The notes: generated by a model from the sequence alone, not told the origin. Positions 30,966-41,648 are shown, numbered from the stretch's first letter. The stretch: DNA of 64,000 nt from Bacteroidota bacterium (GCA_011049175.1 DSCJ01000115.1:6402-70401); one strand, 5' to 3'. Program-made: numbers and translations.

Positions 30966-31892
30966 ATGGAAACCGACCCCAAACGTTGCAGTATCCTCAT
31001 CAGGGAGGAAGCCCTCCGCCTGGGGTTTGACGACTGTGGCATATCCGCCGCCGGCAAGCTGGACAGGGAAGAAACCTTTCTGAACCGGTGGCTGGAAGAA
31101 GGGCGGCATGCCTGCATGGGGTACATGGAAAGAAATCGCATCAAACGCACCGATCCGGGGAAACTGGTAGCGGGAGCCCGTTCAGTCATTTCTGTCCTGG
31201 TCAACTATTATCCTCCCCGCTTTCAGGAAGACCCTTCGGCCCCTGTGGTGTCAAAATATGCATACTATCCGGATTATCACGGCATTATTAAATCCAGGCT
31301 CCACCTTCTCCTGGATTATATTGATCAGCACATGGGCCCTGTAAAAGCACGAATCTTTGTTGATTCCGCACCGGTGCTGGAACGGGCCTGGGCTGCCCGC
31401 AGCGGACTGGGATGGATCGGGAAAAATACCCTGCTGATATCCCGTAAGTGTGGCTCATTCGTATTTCTGGGCGAGATCATCTGCGATCTGGAGCTGGCCC
31501 CCGGCAAGGAAATACCCGATTACTGCGGGCAGTGCACCCGCTGCATCGATGCCTGTCCCACCGGCGCACTTCTGGCCCCCCGGTTGCTTGATGCCAGCCG
31601 CTGCATTTCATATCATACCATCGAAAACCGGGGAGAGATACCTGAAAGCATGCACGGGAAAATGCAGAACCGTATCTTCGGATGCGATATTTGCCAGGAT
31701 GTTTGCCCCTGGAACCGGAAAGTGCGGCCCACCTCCTTTCCCGGACTGGAACCTGTACCCGGCCTGCTGGAAATGACCACCGACGACTGGGAAGCCCTGG
31801 ATGAAACCACTTTCAGTAACAGATTCACGGGCACATCGCTGGAACGTACAGGTTACCGGGGAATCAAAAGGAATCTGAAACTCAGGAAATAA
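30966..31892 (+). CDS. queG: Epoxyqueuosine reductase
   Basis: VDSAPVLER, GLGWIGKN, CxxCxxCxxxCP, CISYHTIE and FGCDICQDVCPWN. Confidence 0.93.
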   Translation: METDPKRCSILIREEALRLGFDDCGISAAGKLDREETFLNRWLEEGRHACMGYMERNRIKRTDPGKLVAGARSVISVLVNYYPPRFQEDPSAPVVSKYAYYPDYHGIIKSRLHLLLDYIDQHMGPVKARIFVDSAPVLERAWAARSGLGWIGKNTLLISRKCGSFVFLGEIICDLELAPGKEIPDYCGQCTRCIDACPTGALLAPRLLDASRCISYHTIENRGEIPESMHGKMQNRIFGCDICQDVCPWNRKVRPTSFPGLEPVPGLLEMTTDDWEALDETTFSNRFTGTSLERTGYRGIKRNLKLRK

Positions 31893-31898
31893 TACCGG

Positions 31899-32303
31899 TC
31901 ACGTCCCCGTTACGGTGACCATCACCTTCCGTTGTTGCCGGGGACCGTCGAATTCACAGAGAAAGATGTTCTGCCAGGTGGAAAGTCCCATTTTCCCGTC
32001 GGTTACCGGTATGGTCTCACCGGGGCCCACCAGGCCGGCCTTCAAATGCGCGTCGCCGTTATTGTCCTGCCGGTCGTGTTCCCATACCCCTGCCGGGATC
32101 AGCTGCGAAAGCAGCCTGATCACATCCTTCTGCACCGAATCGTCCCAGTTTTCCTGAATCATTATGGCAGCTGTTGCTCCCTGCACATATACCGATACCA
32201 GGCCTTCCCTGATTCCGCTTTTCTGCACTACTTCCGACACCTGCCGGGTAATGTCGTACAGGCCGTTTTTGCTGGAAGTGCGAATTGTGATGAGTTCCTG
32301 CAT
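31899..32303 (-). CDS. yjbQ: YjbQ/UPF0047 family protein
   Basis: YDIT, IQEN, NGDAHLK and TWQNIFLCEFDGPR. Likely ATG at 32303. Confidence 0.88.
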   Translation of the reverse strand: MQELITIRTSSKNGLYDITRQVSEVVQKSGIREGLVSVYVQGATAAIMIQENWDDSVQKDVIRLLSQLIPAGVWEHDRQDNNGDAHLKAGLVGPGETIPVTDGKMGLSTWQNIFLCEFDGPRQQRKVMVTVTGT

Positions 32304-32363
32304 TATTGACCGGATTTTGATTACTTTTAGCTTATAAAAATACATCAAACCTGAGGAAATCCC

Positions 32364-33203
32364 ATGTCGGAACAGGAAACTGCCTGGAGATCGTTTGACG
32401 GACTGGAATATTATGCCTGGTCGGCCTCCCCCATGGGCCCACCGCACGCCGTTATAGCCCTGGTACACGGTATGGGTGAGCATTCACGCCGGTATCACGA
32501 CTGGGCCCGCCGGCTCACACAGTATGATTATGCCTTTGTATCCATGGACTACCGCGGACACGGGCGTTCAGAAGGAAAAAAAGGTCATACCCCTTCGTAT
32601 GAGGCCCTGATGAACGATGTGAAACTGCTCACCACCCGGAGCCGGGAACTGTTTCCCGGCATTCCCCTGGTACTCTACGGCCACAGCCTGGGTGGCAATC
32701 TTGTTCTGAACTTCCATTTTCTTCATCCGGAAGAAGCTGACCTGCTGGTAGTAACCAGCCCCTGGCTGAAACTTACCTTCGAGCTGCCGGGAGTGATCAA
32801 AAAGGCGGGCAGGCTGATGCGATGCCTTATACCCTCTATGGTGCAGAAAAGCAAACTGGAAACACAGGCCCTGTCGAGAGACATGGAGATCGTGCATACA
32901 TACGAAAACGACCCCCTGGTACACGACAGGATATCGCTCAATATGCTGTTCCACGTTATAGACCGGGGCCTGACCGCCATCGGTCAGGCAGGAAAAATCA
33001 GGGTGCCTGTGCTGCTGATGCACGGGGAAGAAGACCGGATCACTTCCTGTGAAGCCAGCAGGGAACTGGCCGGGAAAAATACGGAATATATCCGCCTGAA
33101 AACCTGGCCGGGCTGTTACCATGAACTGCATAACGAGCCATGTCGTGACGAAGTGTTCCATTACCTTTCGGGATGGCTCGATAAAAACCTGCCGCCAAAA
33201 TGA
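32364..33203 (+). CDS. Alpha/beta hydrolase (lysophospholipase/monoglyceride lipase-like)
   Basis: VHGMGEHS, DYRGHG, GHSLGG, HGEED and YHELHNE. Confidence 0.88.
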   Translation: MSEQETAWRSFDGLEYYAWSASPMGPPHAVIALVHGMGEHSRRYHDWARRLTQYDYAFVSMDYRGHGRSEGKKGHTPSYEALMNDVKLLTTRSRELFPGIPLVLYGHSLGGNLVLNFHFLHPEEADLLVVTSPWLKLTFELPGVIKKAGRLMRCLIPSMVQKSKLETQALSRDMEIVHTYENDPLVHDRISLNMLFHVIDRGLTAIGQAGKIRVPVLLMHGEEDRITSCEASRELAGKNTEYIRLKTWPGCYHELHNEPCRDEVFHYLSGWLDKNLPPK

Positions 33204-34192
33204 GTGTTCAGGAACGGTTCAGAACTCCCGTTCAAATACCGCCTGCTGGTGACAGCATTGGATACCGCACACCTGTGCTGATGCTCGGGTCCTGTTTCAC
33301 ACTGAACATCGGCCGGTTGATGCAGGATTACAAATTCCCGGTGAGCGTCAATCCTTTCGGCGTGCTATACAATCCCGTGTCCATCCTTTCCGGCCTGGAC
33401 CTGCTCATGAACCCGAGACATTTTACATCCGGCGATCTGATCCATCACCAGGGGCTGTGGCACAGCTTCTTTCACCACAGCAACTTTTCCTCCCCAATCC
33501 GTGACAAATGCCTCGAAATCATCAACCGGGAAATGAAACAGGCGGCCGGTTTCCTCAAACAGGCCCGTTTTCTCTTTATATCATGGGGAACCGCCAGGGT
33601 ATACCGGTACAAAAAAACAGGGCAGATCGTGTCGAACTGCCATAAACTTCCCCACGAGGAATTCGATCATTTCCTTCTTACCCCGGAAGAAATAGCTGCC
33701 GCCTGGAACGAAAAGCTGGCCACCCTGAAAAACCGCTTTCCCGATTTAACCGTTGTTTTCACCGTCAGTCCTGTCAGGCACTGGAAAGATGGTGCACACG
33801 GGAACCAGGTCAGCAAATCGGCCCTGCACTGGGCTCTTCACCTGATGATGCAGAAAAATCCCGGTATTCACTATTTCCCTTCCTACGAAATCATGATGGA
33901 CGAACTGAGGGATTACCGGTTTTACGAGGAAGACATGCTCCATTTGAGCCACACGGCCATTTCCTACATCTGGGAGCGATTTGCGGAAACATTTATTGAC
34001 AAAGAGGCCTTGGAAATCATGCCCCAGGTGGAAAAAATCATCACTGCCTGCCGTCACCGGCCCTTTCAGCCAGAGAGCAAGGAATACAGAACCTTTGTGC
34101 AAAACACCCTGAAGCAGTTACGGATACTGCAGAAAAAATACCCCTTTATAACGCTCACACAGGAAGAAATCCTTCTGGAAGAGAAAATATAA
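33200..34192 (+). CDS. GSCFA-domain protein
   Basis: LGSCF, NPFGVLYNP, TVSPVRH and YFPSYEIMMDELRDYRFY. Confidence 0.88.
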   Translation: MSVQERFRTPVQIPPAGDSIGYRTPVLMLGSCFTLNIGRLMQDYKFPVSVNPFGVLYNPVSILSGLDLLMNPRHFTSGDLIHHQGLWHSFFHHSNFSSPIRDKCLEIINREMKQAAGFLKQARFLFISWGTARVYRYKKTGQIVSNCHKLPHEEFDHFLLTPEEIAAAWNEKLATLKNRFPDLTVVFTVSPVRHWKDGAHGNQVSKSALHWALHLMMQKNPGIHYFPSYEIMMDELRDYRFYEEDMLHLSHTAISYIWERFAETFIDKEALEIMPQVEKIITACRHRPFQPESKEYRTFVQNTLKQLRILQKKYPFITLTQEEILLEEKI

Positions 34193-34259
34193 TAACGGGA
34201 GGAATAAACAATTCGAACGTTTGTTTGTTAAATGTTCAACAACCAACAATTAAACAAAT

Positions 34260-36693
34260 ATGTTCCGAAAAACGATATTCCTCCTACTGTTCCAGTTTTG
34301 GATCATGATTCCTGGCAATTCGCAATCTGAAGGAAAAGGGATCATTGAAGGCAGGATATTCAACGCCCAGAATAACGAGCCCATTCCCTTTGCCAATATC
34401 GTACTATGGGGAACCACCATCGGGTCGACATCAGACTACGACGGGAGATTCATTTTCACCGGCATAGCCCCGGGGTATGTTGAATTGCGGGCATCGTCGG
34501 TGGGATTCAAGCCTTACATTTCCGAGTCCATTCTGGTAACCAATGCCAACAAGGTATTTATTGAGATATCCCTGGAGGAAACCGATGTGGAGCTGGAAGC
34601 CGTGGTAGTAAAGGCCTCTCCTTTCAGAAAGGTGGAGGAGAGCCCTGTTTCCATGCGAAGGATCGACATACAGGAAATTGAGAAAAATCCCGGCGGAAAC
34701 CGCGACATTTCCCGGGTCATTCAGTCGCTGCCCGGGGTGGCTTCTTCCGTGTCCTATCGCAACGACTTGATCGTCAGGGGGGGGAGGCCCCAATGAAAAC
34801 CGCTTCTACCTCGACGGGGTGGAAATCCCCACCCTCAACCATTTCGCCACCCAGGGGGCTTCCGGCGGACCGGCCGGGATCATCAACGTGGATTTCATCC
34901 GGGAGGTGGAATTTTACTCAGGAGCTTTCCCGGCAAGCCGGGGAAACACCCTCAGTTCGGTACTTGAGATGAAACAGATTGACGGCAATCCCGACAAACT
35001 GAAATTCCGGTCAACGGTTGGAGCTTCCGATCTGGCCCTCACCCTGGACGGACCGCTTGCCCCCGGGACCACGTTCATCTTCTCGGCCCGCCGGTCGTAC
35101 CTGCAACTCCTTTTCAGCGCCATTGGGCTTCCTTTTCTGCCTACTTACAATGATTACCAGCTCAAGGTCAAAACCCGAATCGATAAAAAGAATGAACTCA
35201 CTGTCCTGAGTATCGGGTCGTACGATGTATCGCGCCTGAACCTGGAAGCCAACGAAACGGAAGAACAGCGGTACATACTCGGTTACCTGCCGGAAAACAG
35301 GCAGTGGAGCTACACGGTGGGAGCGGTCTGGAAGCATTACCGGGATAAAAGTTACGACACCTGGGTCCTCAGTCGCAATTACCTGGACAACTCCTTTGAG
35401 AAATATCTGAACAACCAGACCGGCGACGAATCGATGCTCACGCTTGATTATACCTCTGCCGAAATTGAAAACAAGTTCAGGTATGAAAACACTTCACGCC
35501 TGTCGGGGGGTTTGAAGATCAACTACGGTCTGAACCTGGAATATGCCAAATACCAGACCAGCAATTTCCAGAAGCTGTTCCTCGCGGAAGGTCCCGTTAC
35601 TCTGGATACCTATTCCTTTTTCGATCTGTTCAAATGGGGATTTTCCGGTTAGGTAAGCAAAGATCTGGTGGACGGCCGATTAGGACTTTCCCTGGGATTC
35701 AGGATGGATGCCAATTCCTATTCACCCGAAATGTCGAACCTGCTGGATCAGTTCTCTCCCCGTTTTTCCGCTTCCTGGGCGTTCAGCGAGAAATGGTCGT
35801 TCAATTTCAACACAGGGATATTTTACCAGCTTCCGTCTTATACCACCATGGGATTCAGGTCGGCTGGCGGCGAAGCGGTTAACCGGCAGAACGGGCTTAC
35901 CTATATGCGTTCCGGCCATCTGGTTGCCGGTCTGGAGTACCAGCCCGGGGAAGAGTCGAAAATCACCGTGGAAGGATTTTACAAACATTACAGCAATTAT
36001 CCCTTCTCGGTAAATGATTCGGTTCCCCTTTCCACCAAAGCGGCGGATTTCGGGACCTTCGGCAGTGAAGAAGTATTTTCGGCTGCCGAGGGCAGGGCCT
36101 ATGGCCTGGAGCTGCTCTACCGCAACCGTGATCTCTTCGGTTTCAATGTAATCCTTTCCTATACCCTTGTCAACAGCGAATTCAGAAAGCAGGATGCGAG
36201 CCTGGAATTTACAGGCGGATACCTGCCCACCGCCTGGGATAACAAGCACCTGCTGAACCTCACTGCCACACGAAGTTTCAAACGCAACTGGGATATCGGG
36301 TTTAAATGGAGGCTGGTGGGAGGGGCACCCTATACTCCGTACGATGTGGAACGGTCAAGCCTGCTGCAGGCCTGGGATGCTACCGGAATGCCCTACCTGG
36401 ATTATTCCCGGTTCAACTCCCTCAGACTGGAGCCATTCCATCAGCTGGATCTCCGGATCGACAAGGAATATTATTTTGATAAATGGTCGCTCCGTTTTTA
36501 TGTGGATGTTCAGAATGTCTATAATTTTAAGTCGGATGAACCCGGGAAGCTGATCAACGAGAATGAGAACGGAGAAGAGGTCATCCTGAATCCGGCCGAT
36601 CCGCCGGAAGAACAGAGATACCTGTTGCGCACCATCCGGAGCGATGGCCAGGGAACCGTTCTGCCTACCATAGGAGTAATTGTTGAATTTTAA
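34260..36693 (+). pseudogene. TonB-dependent receptor (~810 aa if repaired), disrupted by a +1 frameshift and an in-frame TAG
   Basis: Three ORFs join into signal peptide + carboxypeptidase-regulatory-like domain + plug + barrel ending in VEF. G8 at 34777-34784 (G7 restores VRGGGPNENRFYLDG). TAG at 35650-35652 lies between two same-frame ORFs. Confidence 0.85.
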
Positions 36694-36703
36694 GACACCT
36701 GCC

Positions 36704-37495
36704 ATGAACCGAATGCAACCGAACCTTCCTCTTTCCCGTAAGGTTTTATCTTTTTCAGGATCCGTGGTGCTCGCCACCCTGCTGGCCGTCTTTTCCTGCT
36801 CACGCCGGGGACCCGTTACCACCGATATTCCCGATATGTATTCCTATAATCAGGAAGGAAAAGGCATCCCCCTGACTCTTTCCTTCAAAAGGGGACCCGC
36901 ACACAACTATCCCCTGATGGCTGTGTGGATGGAAGACACGGCAGGTCGTTTTATCCAGACACTGTACATTTCTGAATCCATTGGCAAGGGCATTTTTCAT
37001 TACGGGCAGGCAACCCGGGGGAAATGGATGCCCGGAGAGATCCGCCGGCCTGCAGCCGTTCCTTACTGGACACACAAAAGGAATATCCGCACTCCCGAAG
37101 GTGAACTGCTTCCCACACCGGAACATCCCGTTGCCGACACCTATACCGGTCCTACCCCCCCGCAAAGCTTTGTTATGAAGCTGCGAACAGACCGGGTTCC
37201 CCCCAGCCGGTTTCGTATTTTGCTGGAGATCAATCAAACATGGGACTGGAACGAGTACTGGACCAATAACAAGTACCCGGGTGATGAAGAGTACCGTACC
37301 TCTTCCCAGCCGGCTCTGGTGTATGCGGCGGAAATCGACCTGCAGGATCGCCGGAACGAATACCCGATGGTACCTGTGGGACACAGCCATTATTCCGGAC
37401 GTACCGGTGAGCTGTTCACCGATCTCAGCACCCTCAGCACCGCCCTGGATATTGCTTCAGAAATAAAGGTCATCCTGGAGCAGGCGAAAAATTGA
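36704..37495 (+). CDS. Lipoprotein, DUF2271-like
   Basis: Lipobox VFSC; segments PLMAVWMED..GRFIQTLY, RRPAAVPYW, DTYTGPT and LLEINQ resemble DUF2271-type proteins. Confidence 0.6.
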   Translation: MNRMQPNLPLSRKVLSFSGSVVLATLLAVFSCSRRGPVTTDIPDMYSYNQEGKGIPLTLSFKRGPAHNYPLMAVWMEDTAGRFIQTLYISESIGKGIFHYGQATRGKWMPGEIRRPAAVPYWTHKRNIRTPEGELLPTPEHPVADTYTGPTPPQSFVMKLRTDRVPPSRFRILLEINQTWDWNEYWTNNKYPGDEEYRTSSQPALVYAAEIDLQDRRNEYPMVPVGHSHYSGRTGELFTDLSTLSTALDIASEIKVILEQAKN

Positions 37496-37507
37496 TTTCC
37501 CCTGATG

Positions 37508-37545
37508 AAAAAAAGGGTCCCCGCCCAGCCGGCGGGGACCCTTTT
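37508..37545. terminator. Bidirectional intrinsic terminator
   Basis: AAAAGGGTCCCCGCC-loop-GGCGGGGACCCTTTT, with an A-run on the left side. Confidence 0.8.
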
Positions 37546-37670
37546 CTCAGGTTCGTGAAATAGAACTCTGTGTACTAACCCCCGGGTATTACCCTTCAGT
37601 GGCATTTCCACTTTTTTAGTATGACAAAGATCCTATTCCACAGGTTGCTCAAACCAGCCCAAAACCTTCA

Positions 37671-37814
37671 TTATCTTATGGGTACCTCATTGAGAACCTT
37701 TTCTTCATGATACTCCGTCCGCTCACTGCTGAAGAGGGATAAACCCCATAATAAAAGAAACAGCACAATGATCGCTATCCTCAGAATTTTTATATTTGGA
37801 TCGTGACGGGTCAT
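37671..37814 (-). CDS. Small 47-aa single-pass membrane protein (absent from the ORF track)
   Basis: Hand translation: MTRHDPNIKILRIAIIVLFLLLWGLSLFSSERTEYHEEKVLNEVPIR*. Confidence 0.5.
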   Translation of the reverse strand: MTRHDPNIKILRIAIIVLFLLLWGLSLFSSERTEYHEEKVLNEVPIR

Positions 37815-37908
37815 GTGATTAGAATGCTATACAAGTATACGATGAATCATTCATCCGGTTAAGAAAATAAGGATGATATAGATCATCGCTAACTAATGAT
37901 TAGAATTA

Positions 37909-38340
37909 ATGTCTGAAAGAGCCATGTTGATATCGAAATTCCGGAAACCGGCTGCCGTATTATTCTGGACCTGGCTGGCGTGCCTTCTTTTTCTAACATT
38001 CTGGCCGGGCCTTTCCCAACCGGAAAATGGGGAGGAATCTTTCATCAACCCCGATTATTTTTTTCATTTCGGAGCTTATTTCCTGCTTACGGGATTGTTT
38101 TTGCTCTGGAAATTTTCTCCGGGTTTTTACAGGAATTCCCGGGCCATCATCCTTTCCCTGTCGGCTCTTTTTGCGCTGGCCGTGCTCACCGAATTCATCC
38201 AGAAGGCGGTTCCCGAGAGAGCATACAACCCCTACGACATGCTTTGCAACGCACTGGGCATACTCACCGGATTCATTACGTGGTATTTCCCTCTGAACCG
38301 GCTAATGAAAACGGAAGAAAAGAATAGGGAAAATCCGTAA
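37909..38340 (+). CDS. VanZ family membrane protein
   Basis: D..FHFGAY, TEFIQ..VP.R and DMLCNALG. Confidence 0.8.
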   Translation: MSERAMLISKFRKPAAVLFWTWLACLLFLTFWPGLSQPENGEESFINPDYFFHFGAYFLLTGLFLLWKFSPGFYRNSRAIILSLSALFALAVLTEFIQKAVPERAYNPYDMLCNALGILTGFITWYFPLNRLMKTEEKNRENP

Positions 38341-38383
38341 CCGGAACATAACCGTATTCACCCGTAAGCTATAAAAAATATCA

Positions 38384-39865
38384 TCAGACAGGATAGGCCG
38401 TGTGGTAACCGCCTTCTTCATCGCGTCCCGACTGAAGTATGCTGAGTATTTCCCTGAAAGGGATCAGCCGCAGGATGAGGGACAGCAGGACAGGCGCCGC
38501 CACAGAGGCCGCAAATGCCGGCCAGAAGGGAATGGCTACGACAGAAGAGAGGATCCATCCTGCTGCCGGGGTGATCACCAGAAACAAAACCCATGGAAGC
38601 CATCTGGCAGGCCCCATTTTCAGGTGCATAATACGGCAGACCACGACAAACTGCAGCAGGGAAACGGTGAGCTGGGTGATCATGGAAGCCAGGGCTGAGC
38701 CTGTTGCTCCGTACCGGGGTATCCAGAACAGGTTCAGGATCACATTCCCTGCAAGGGCCAGGAAAGCCAGGATGTTCATAACCTTCAGCGAACCGTTGGC
38801 TGTAAGAAGGGTCCCGAAAATATATCCGGCCGCCACCCCCAGAAAGGCCACCATCAGAATGGCCAGAATCATTCCCGAAGCCGCAGTACTTCCACGGTAG
38901 AGCATATCCATCAACGGCTCCCGGAAAAATATCAGGGCGGAAGAAATAATGAACGAAGGGACCATCAGGAGGCGGAAAGCCAACCCTGCCAGTTCGTCAG
39001 TGCGTTCCCCTTTCCTTATCATCCTGGAAAAAATGGGGAGCAACAGGGAAGCAAACAGAAAGGCGAACATGCCCAGGGTATCGAGCAGGCGGAAAGCCTG
39101 GGCATACAAACCAGCCTGGTATTTCCCGTCGGGCAGCATACGTTCCAGCATAACCGAATCCACCCGGTAATACATAGCCATCAGCAAAACCAGCAGGGCA
39201 AACGGCAGGCTCTTCCGGAACAACCCTTTCCACAGGGCCGCTTCCTTCACAGGGCGTATCTTCCCGGCCTGCCTCCGTACCAGAAGCCATGCCGTACCCA
39301 GGGTCAGCAGGTAGGAAAAAGTCTGTGCATAAACAAACCATTCGATCCGGAAAGGCCTGTGGGTTATCCCACCCCACAGCAACAACCCGCATACCACGAT
39401 CATGATCAGCCGGTCGGTAACCGAAAGGATGCTGTCGGTACGGAACAGGTGAAGGCCCGCCAGGTTCGATCGCAGGTACAAAAGGAAAGAGGCCAGAAAC
39501 TGATTGAAAACCAGCACTCCCAGCATAACAAACTGGGCGCGGTTGTATCCCAGCAGCAGGCCGGCCCCCAGGCAGAGGCATGCATAAGCCATGGCCAGCA
39601 ACAGTTTCAGAACGGCAATGCCCGGCAGGTATTGTGCAAGCAGGCCAGGATCCCTGGCCACGGCCCGGGTGTTGTACTGGGTGATCCCCATATCCAGCAC
39701 GATATTCAGTAAAACAGACAGGCTGAACAGGGAAAAATAGAAACCGTATTGTTCCGTTCCCACGGCATTCTGCACCGAACGATCAATGCCCAGGATCCAG
39801 AAAGGCTTGACCAGCAGGTTCAGGAACAGGAGCAACAAGAGGTTTGTCAGGAACTTCCTTTTCAA
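38384..39865 (-). CDS. Polysaccharide flippase (Wzx/MOP superfamily)
   Basis: About 14 TMs; YGFYFSL, DMGI, YYRVDSVML, AGLYAQAFR and IPRYGATG. Confidence 0.85.
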   Translation of the reverse strand: MKRKFLTNLLLLLFLNLLVKPFWILGIDRSVQNAVGTEQYGFYFSLFSLSVLLNIVLDMGITQYNTRAVARDPGLLAQYLPGIAVLKLLLAMAYACLCLGAGLLLGYNRAQFVMLGVLVFNQFLASFLLYLRSNLAGLHLFRTDSILSVTDRLIMIVVCGLLLWGGITHRPFRIEWFVYAQTFSYLLTLGTAWLLVRRQAGKIRPVKEAALWKGLFRKSLPFALLVLLMAMYYRVDSVMLERMLPDGKYQAGLYAQAFRLLDTLGMFAFLFASLLLPIFSRMIRKGERTDELAGLAFRLLMVPSFIISSALIFFREPLMDMLYRGSTAASGMILAILMVAFLGVAAGYIFGTLLTANGSLKVMNILAFLALAGNVILNLFWIPRYGATGSALASMITQLTVSLLQFVVVCRIMHLKMGPARWLPWVLFLVITPAAGWILSSVVAIPFWPAFAASVAAPVLLSLILRLIPFREILSILQSGRDEEGGYHTAYPV

Positions 39866-39889
39866 TCCGGGGTTTTTTCCGTTATTTTA

Positions 39890-39897
39890 CAAAGGTA
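39890..39897 (-). promoter_or_regulatory. -7 promoter box for the flippase
   Basis: Reverse complement is TACCTTTG. Confidence 0.6.
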
Positions 39898-39933
39898 ATA
39901 TTCTGAAGGGTTTCCCGAATGGTTCCTCCATCG

Positions 39934-41058
39934 ATGAAAATTGCCGTCAACACCCGCCTGTTGCAAGAGAACCGGCTCGATGGGATCGGATGGTTCACCT
40001 GTGAAACCCTCCGGCGTATTACCCGGAACCATCCGGAACATACGTTCCTTTTTCTTTTCGACCGGCCATTTTCCGAACAATTTCTCTTTTCTCCCAACAT
40101 CATTCCTGAGGTAGTGCCGCCCCCTGCCAGGCACCCCCTTCTGTGGTATGCCTGGTTTGAGATCTCCCTGCCGCGGTTCCTGCGAAAAGCCAAACCCGAT
40201 CTTTTCCTTTCCCCCGACGGTTTTTTACCCCTGCACAGCGAACTCCCTTCCCTGGCTGTAATACACGACCTGAATTTCCACCACCGGCCGGCCGATCTGC
40301 CTTTCCTAACAGGATATTACTACCGCCGTTTCTTCCCGAAGATTGCCCGGAAAGCCAGCCGCATCGCCACCGTTTCGGAATATTCGAAACAGGACATTGT
40401 GAGCACCTACGGTATCAATCCGGAATTGATCGATGTGGTTTACAACGGGGCCGGAAGCATTTTCACCCCCCTTCCTGAGGAAGAACAGGAGAAGATAAGG
40501 CAGCGTATGACGGGAGGAAAACCTTATTTTATTTTTGTGGGGAACCTGCACCCCAGGAAGAACATTGAAGGGCTTCTGCAAGCCTTTGAGCGGTTTTCAG
40601 CCGGTTCCCCTCAGGAAATCCATTTGCTGCTGGTGGGGGAACCCTTCTTCAAAAACGCTTCAGCACACCGGTATTACCGGGCCATGCCCCACCGCGACCG
40701 GGTGCATTTCACCGGCCGTCTGGAGCAGGATGCCCTGCACCGTACACTGGCTTCCGCACTGGCCCTGGTGTTTGTCCCCTGGTTCGAAGGCTTTGGCATT
40801 CCGGTACTGGAAGCCATGTATTGCGATACTCCGGTCATTTGCTCGAACACCACTTCCCTGCCGGAAGTATGCGGCGGCGCCTGCCTGCCGGTCGATCCTT
40901 CCAACACAAAGGCCGTTTCCAGCGCCATGCAACGCATCGCCACAGACGATCCGCTGAGAAAGAGCCTGATAGAAAAGGCCCGGAAGCAAAGAACCCGTTT
41001 TTCATGGGACAAAACAGCCAGAAAATTATGGTCGGGTATAGAAAAGATCATGTCCTGA
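39934..41058 (+). CDS. Glycosyltransferase family 4
   Basis: IHDL, TVSEYSK, PRKN and [11 protein letters not shown] (EX7E). Confidence 0.9.
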   Translation: MKIAVNTRLLQENRLDGIGWFTCETLRRITRNHPEHTFLFLFDRPFSEQFLFSPNIIPEVVPPPARHPLLWYAWFEISLPRFLRKAKPDLFLSPDGFLPLHSELPSLAVIHDLNFHHRPADLPFLTGYYYRRFFPKIARKASRIATVSEYSKQDIVSTYGINPELIDVVYNGAGSIFTPLPEEEQEKIRQRMTGGKPYFIFVGNLHPRKNIEGLLQAFERFSAGSPQEIHLLLVGEPFFKNASAHRYYRAMPHRDRVHFTGRLEQDALHRTLASALALVFVPWFEGFGIPVLEAMYCDTPVICSNTTSLPEVCGGACLPVDPSNTKAVSSAMQRIATDDPLRKSLIEKARKQRTRFSWDKTARKLWSGIEKIMS

Positions 41059-41078
41059 TAAACCGGTGGACCGCAGGA

Positions 41079-41648
41079 ATGCCTGAAGCGGGCTGTGACG
41101 AGGCCGGCCGCGGATGCCTGGCCGGGCCGGTTTATGCCGCCGCCGTGATTCTTCCGGAGGATGTGTCCATTCCCCTGCTTAACGATTCGAAAAAACTCAG
41201 TGCCCGCCAACGCAACGAACTGCGTGCTGTCATCGAATCGGTAGCTCTGGCCTGGGCCGTGGCCAGCGTTTCACCCAGGGACATCGACCGCATGAACATT
41301 CTTCAGGCCTCCATACTGGCTATGCACCGGGCACTCGACAGGCTGGCCTTCCCACCCTCGGGCATCCTGGTAGACGGCAACCGTTTCCGCCCGTACCGTA
41401 ATATACCCCACCGGTGTGAAGTAAGGGGCGATGCCCGGTATGCCTGCATAGCCGCCGCATCCATACTGGCAAAAACACACCGTGACGAATACATGGAAAC
41501 GATCCACCGGGATTTCCCTTCCTACCAGTGGCACCGGAACAGGGGGTACCCAACGGCCGAACACCGGGAAGCCCTGATGCGGTACGGTCTCACACCCCAC
41601 CACAGGCGATCATTCCGGCTGCTACCCGACCCGTTGCTTTTTCATTGA
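41079..41648 (+). CDS. rnhB: Ribonuclease HII
   Basis: [28 protein letters not shown] and HRRSF. Exact start uncertain. Confidence 0.93.
   Translation: MPEAGCDEAGRGCLAGPVYAAAVILPEDVSIPLLNDSKKLSARQRNELRAVIESVALAWAVASVSPRDIDRMNILQASILAMHRALDRLAFPPSGILVDGNRFRPYRNIPHRCEVRGDARYACIAAASILAKTHRDEYMETIHRDFPSYQWHRNRGYPTAEHREALMRYGLTPHHRRSFRLLPDPLLFH

Noticed and set aside
35650-35652. Genome-wide TAG-to-Gln recoding
   Set aside because: TAG terminates pdxA, sprA, thiL, infB and the ABC permease at the expected ends, and no other gene here has an internal TAG.
40821-41078. N-terminal extension of RnhB in the ORF track
   Set aside because: It overlaps the GT4 gene; RNase HII similarity starts near 41055-41079.
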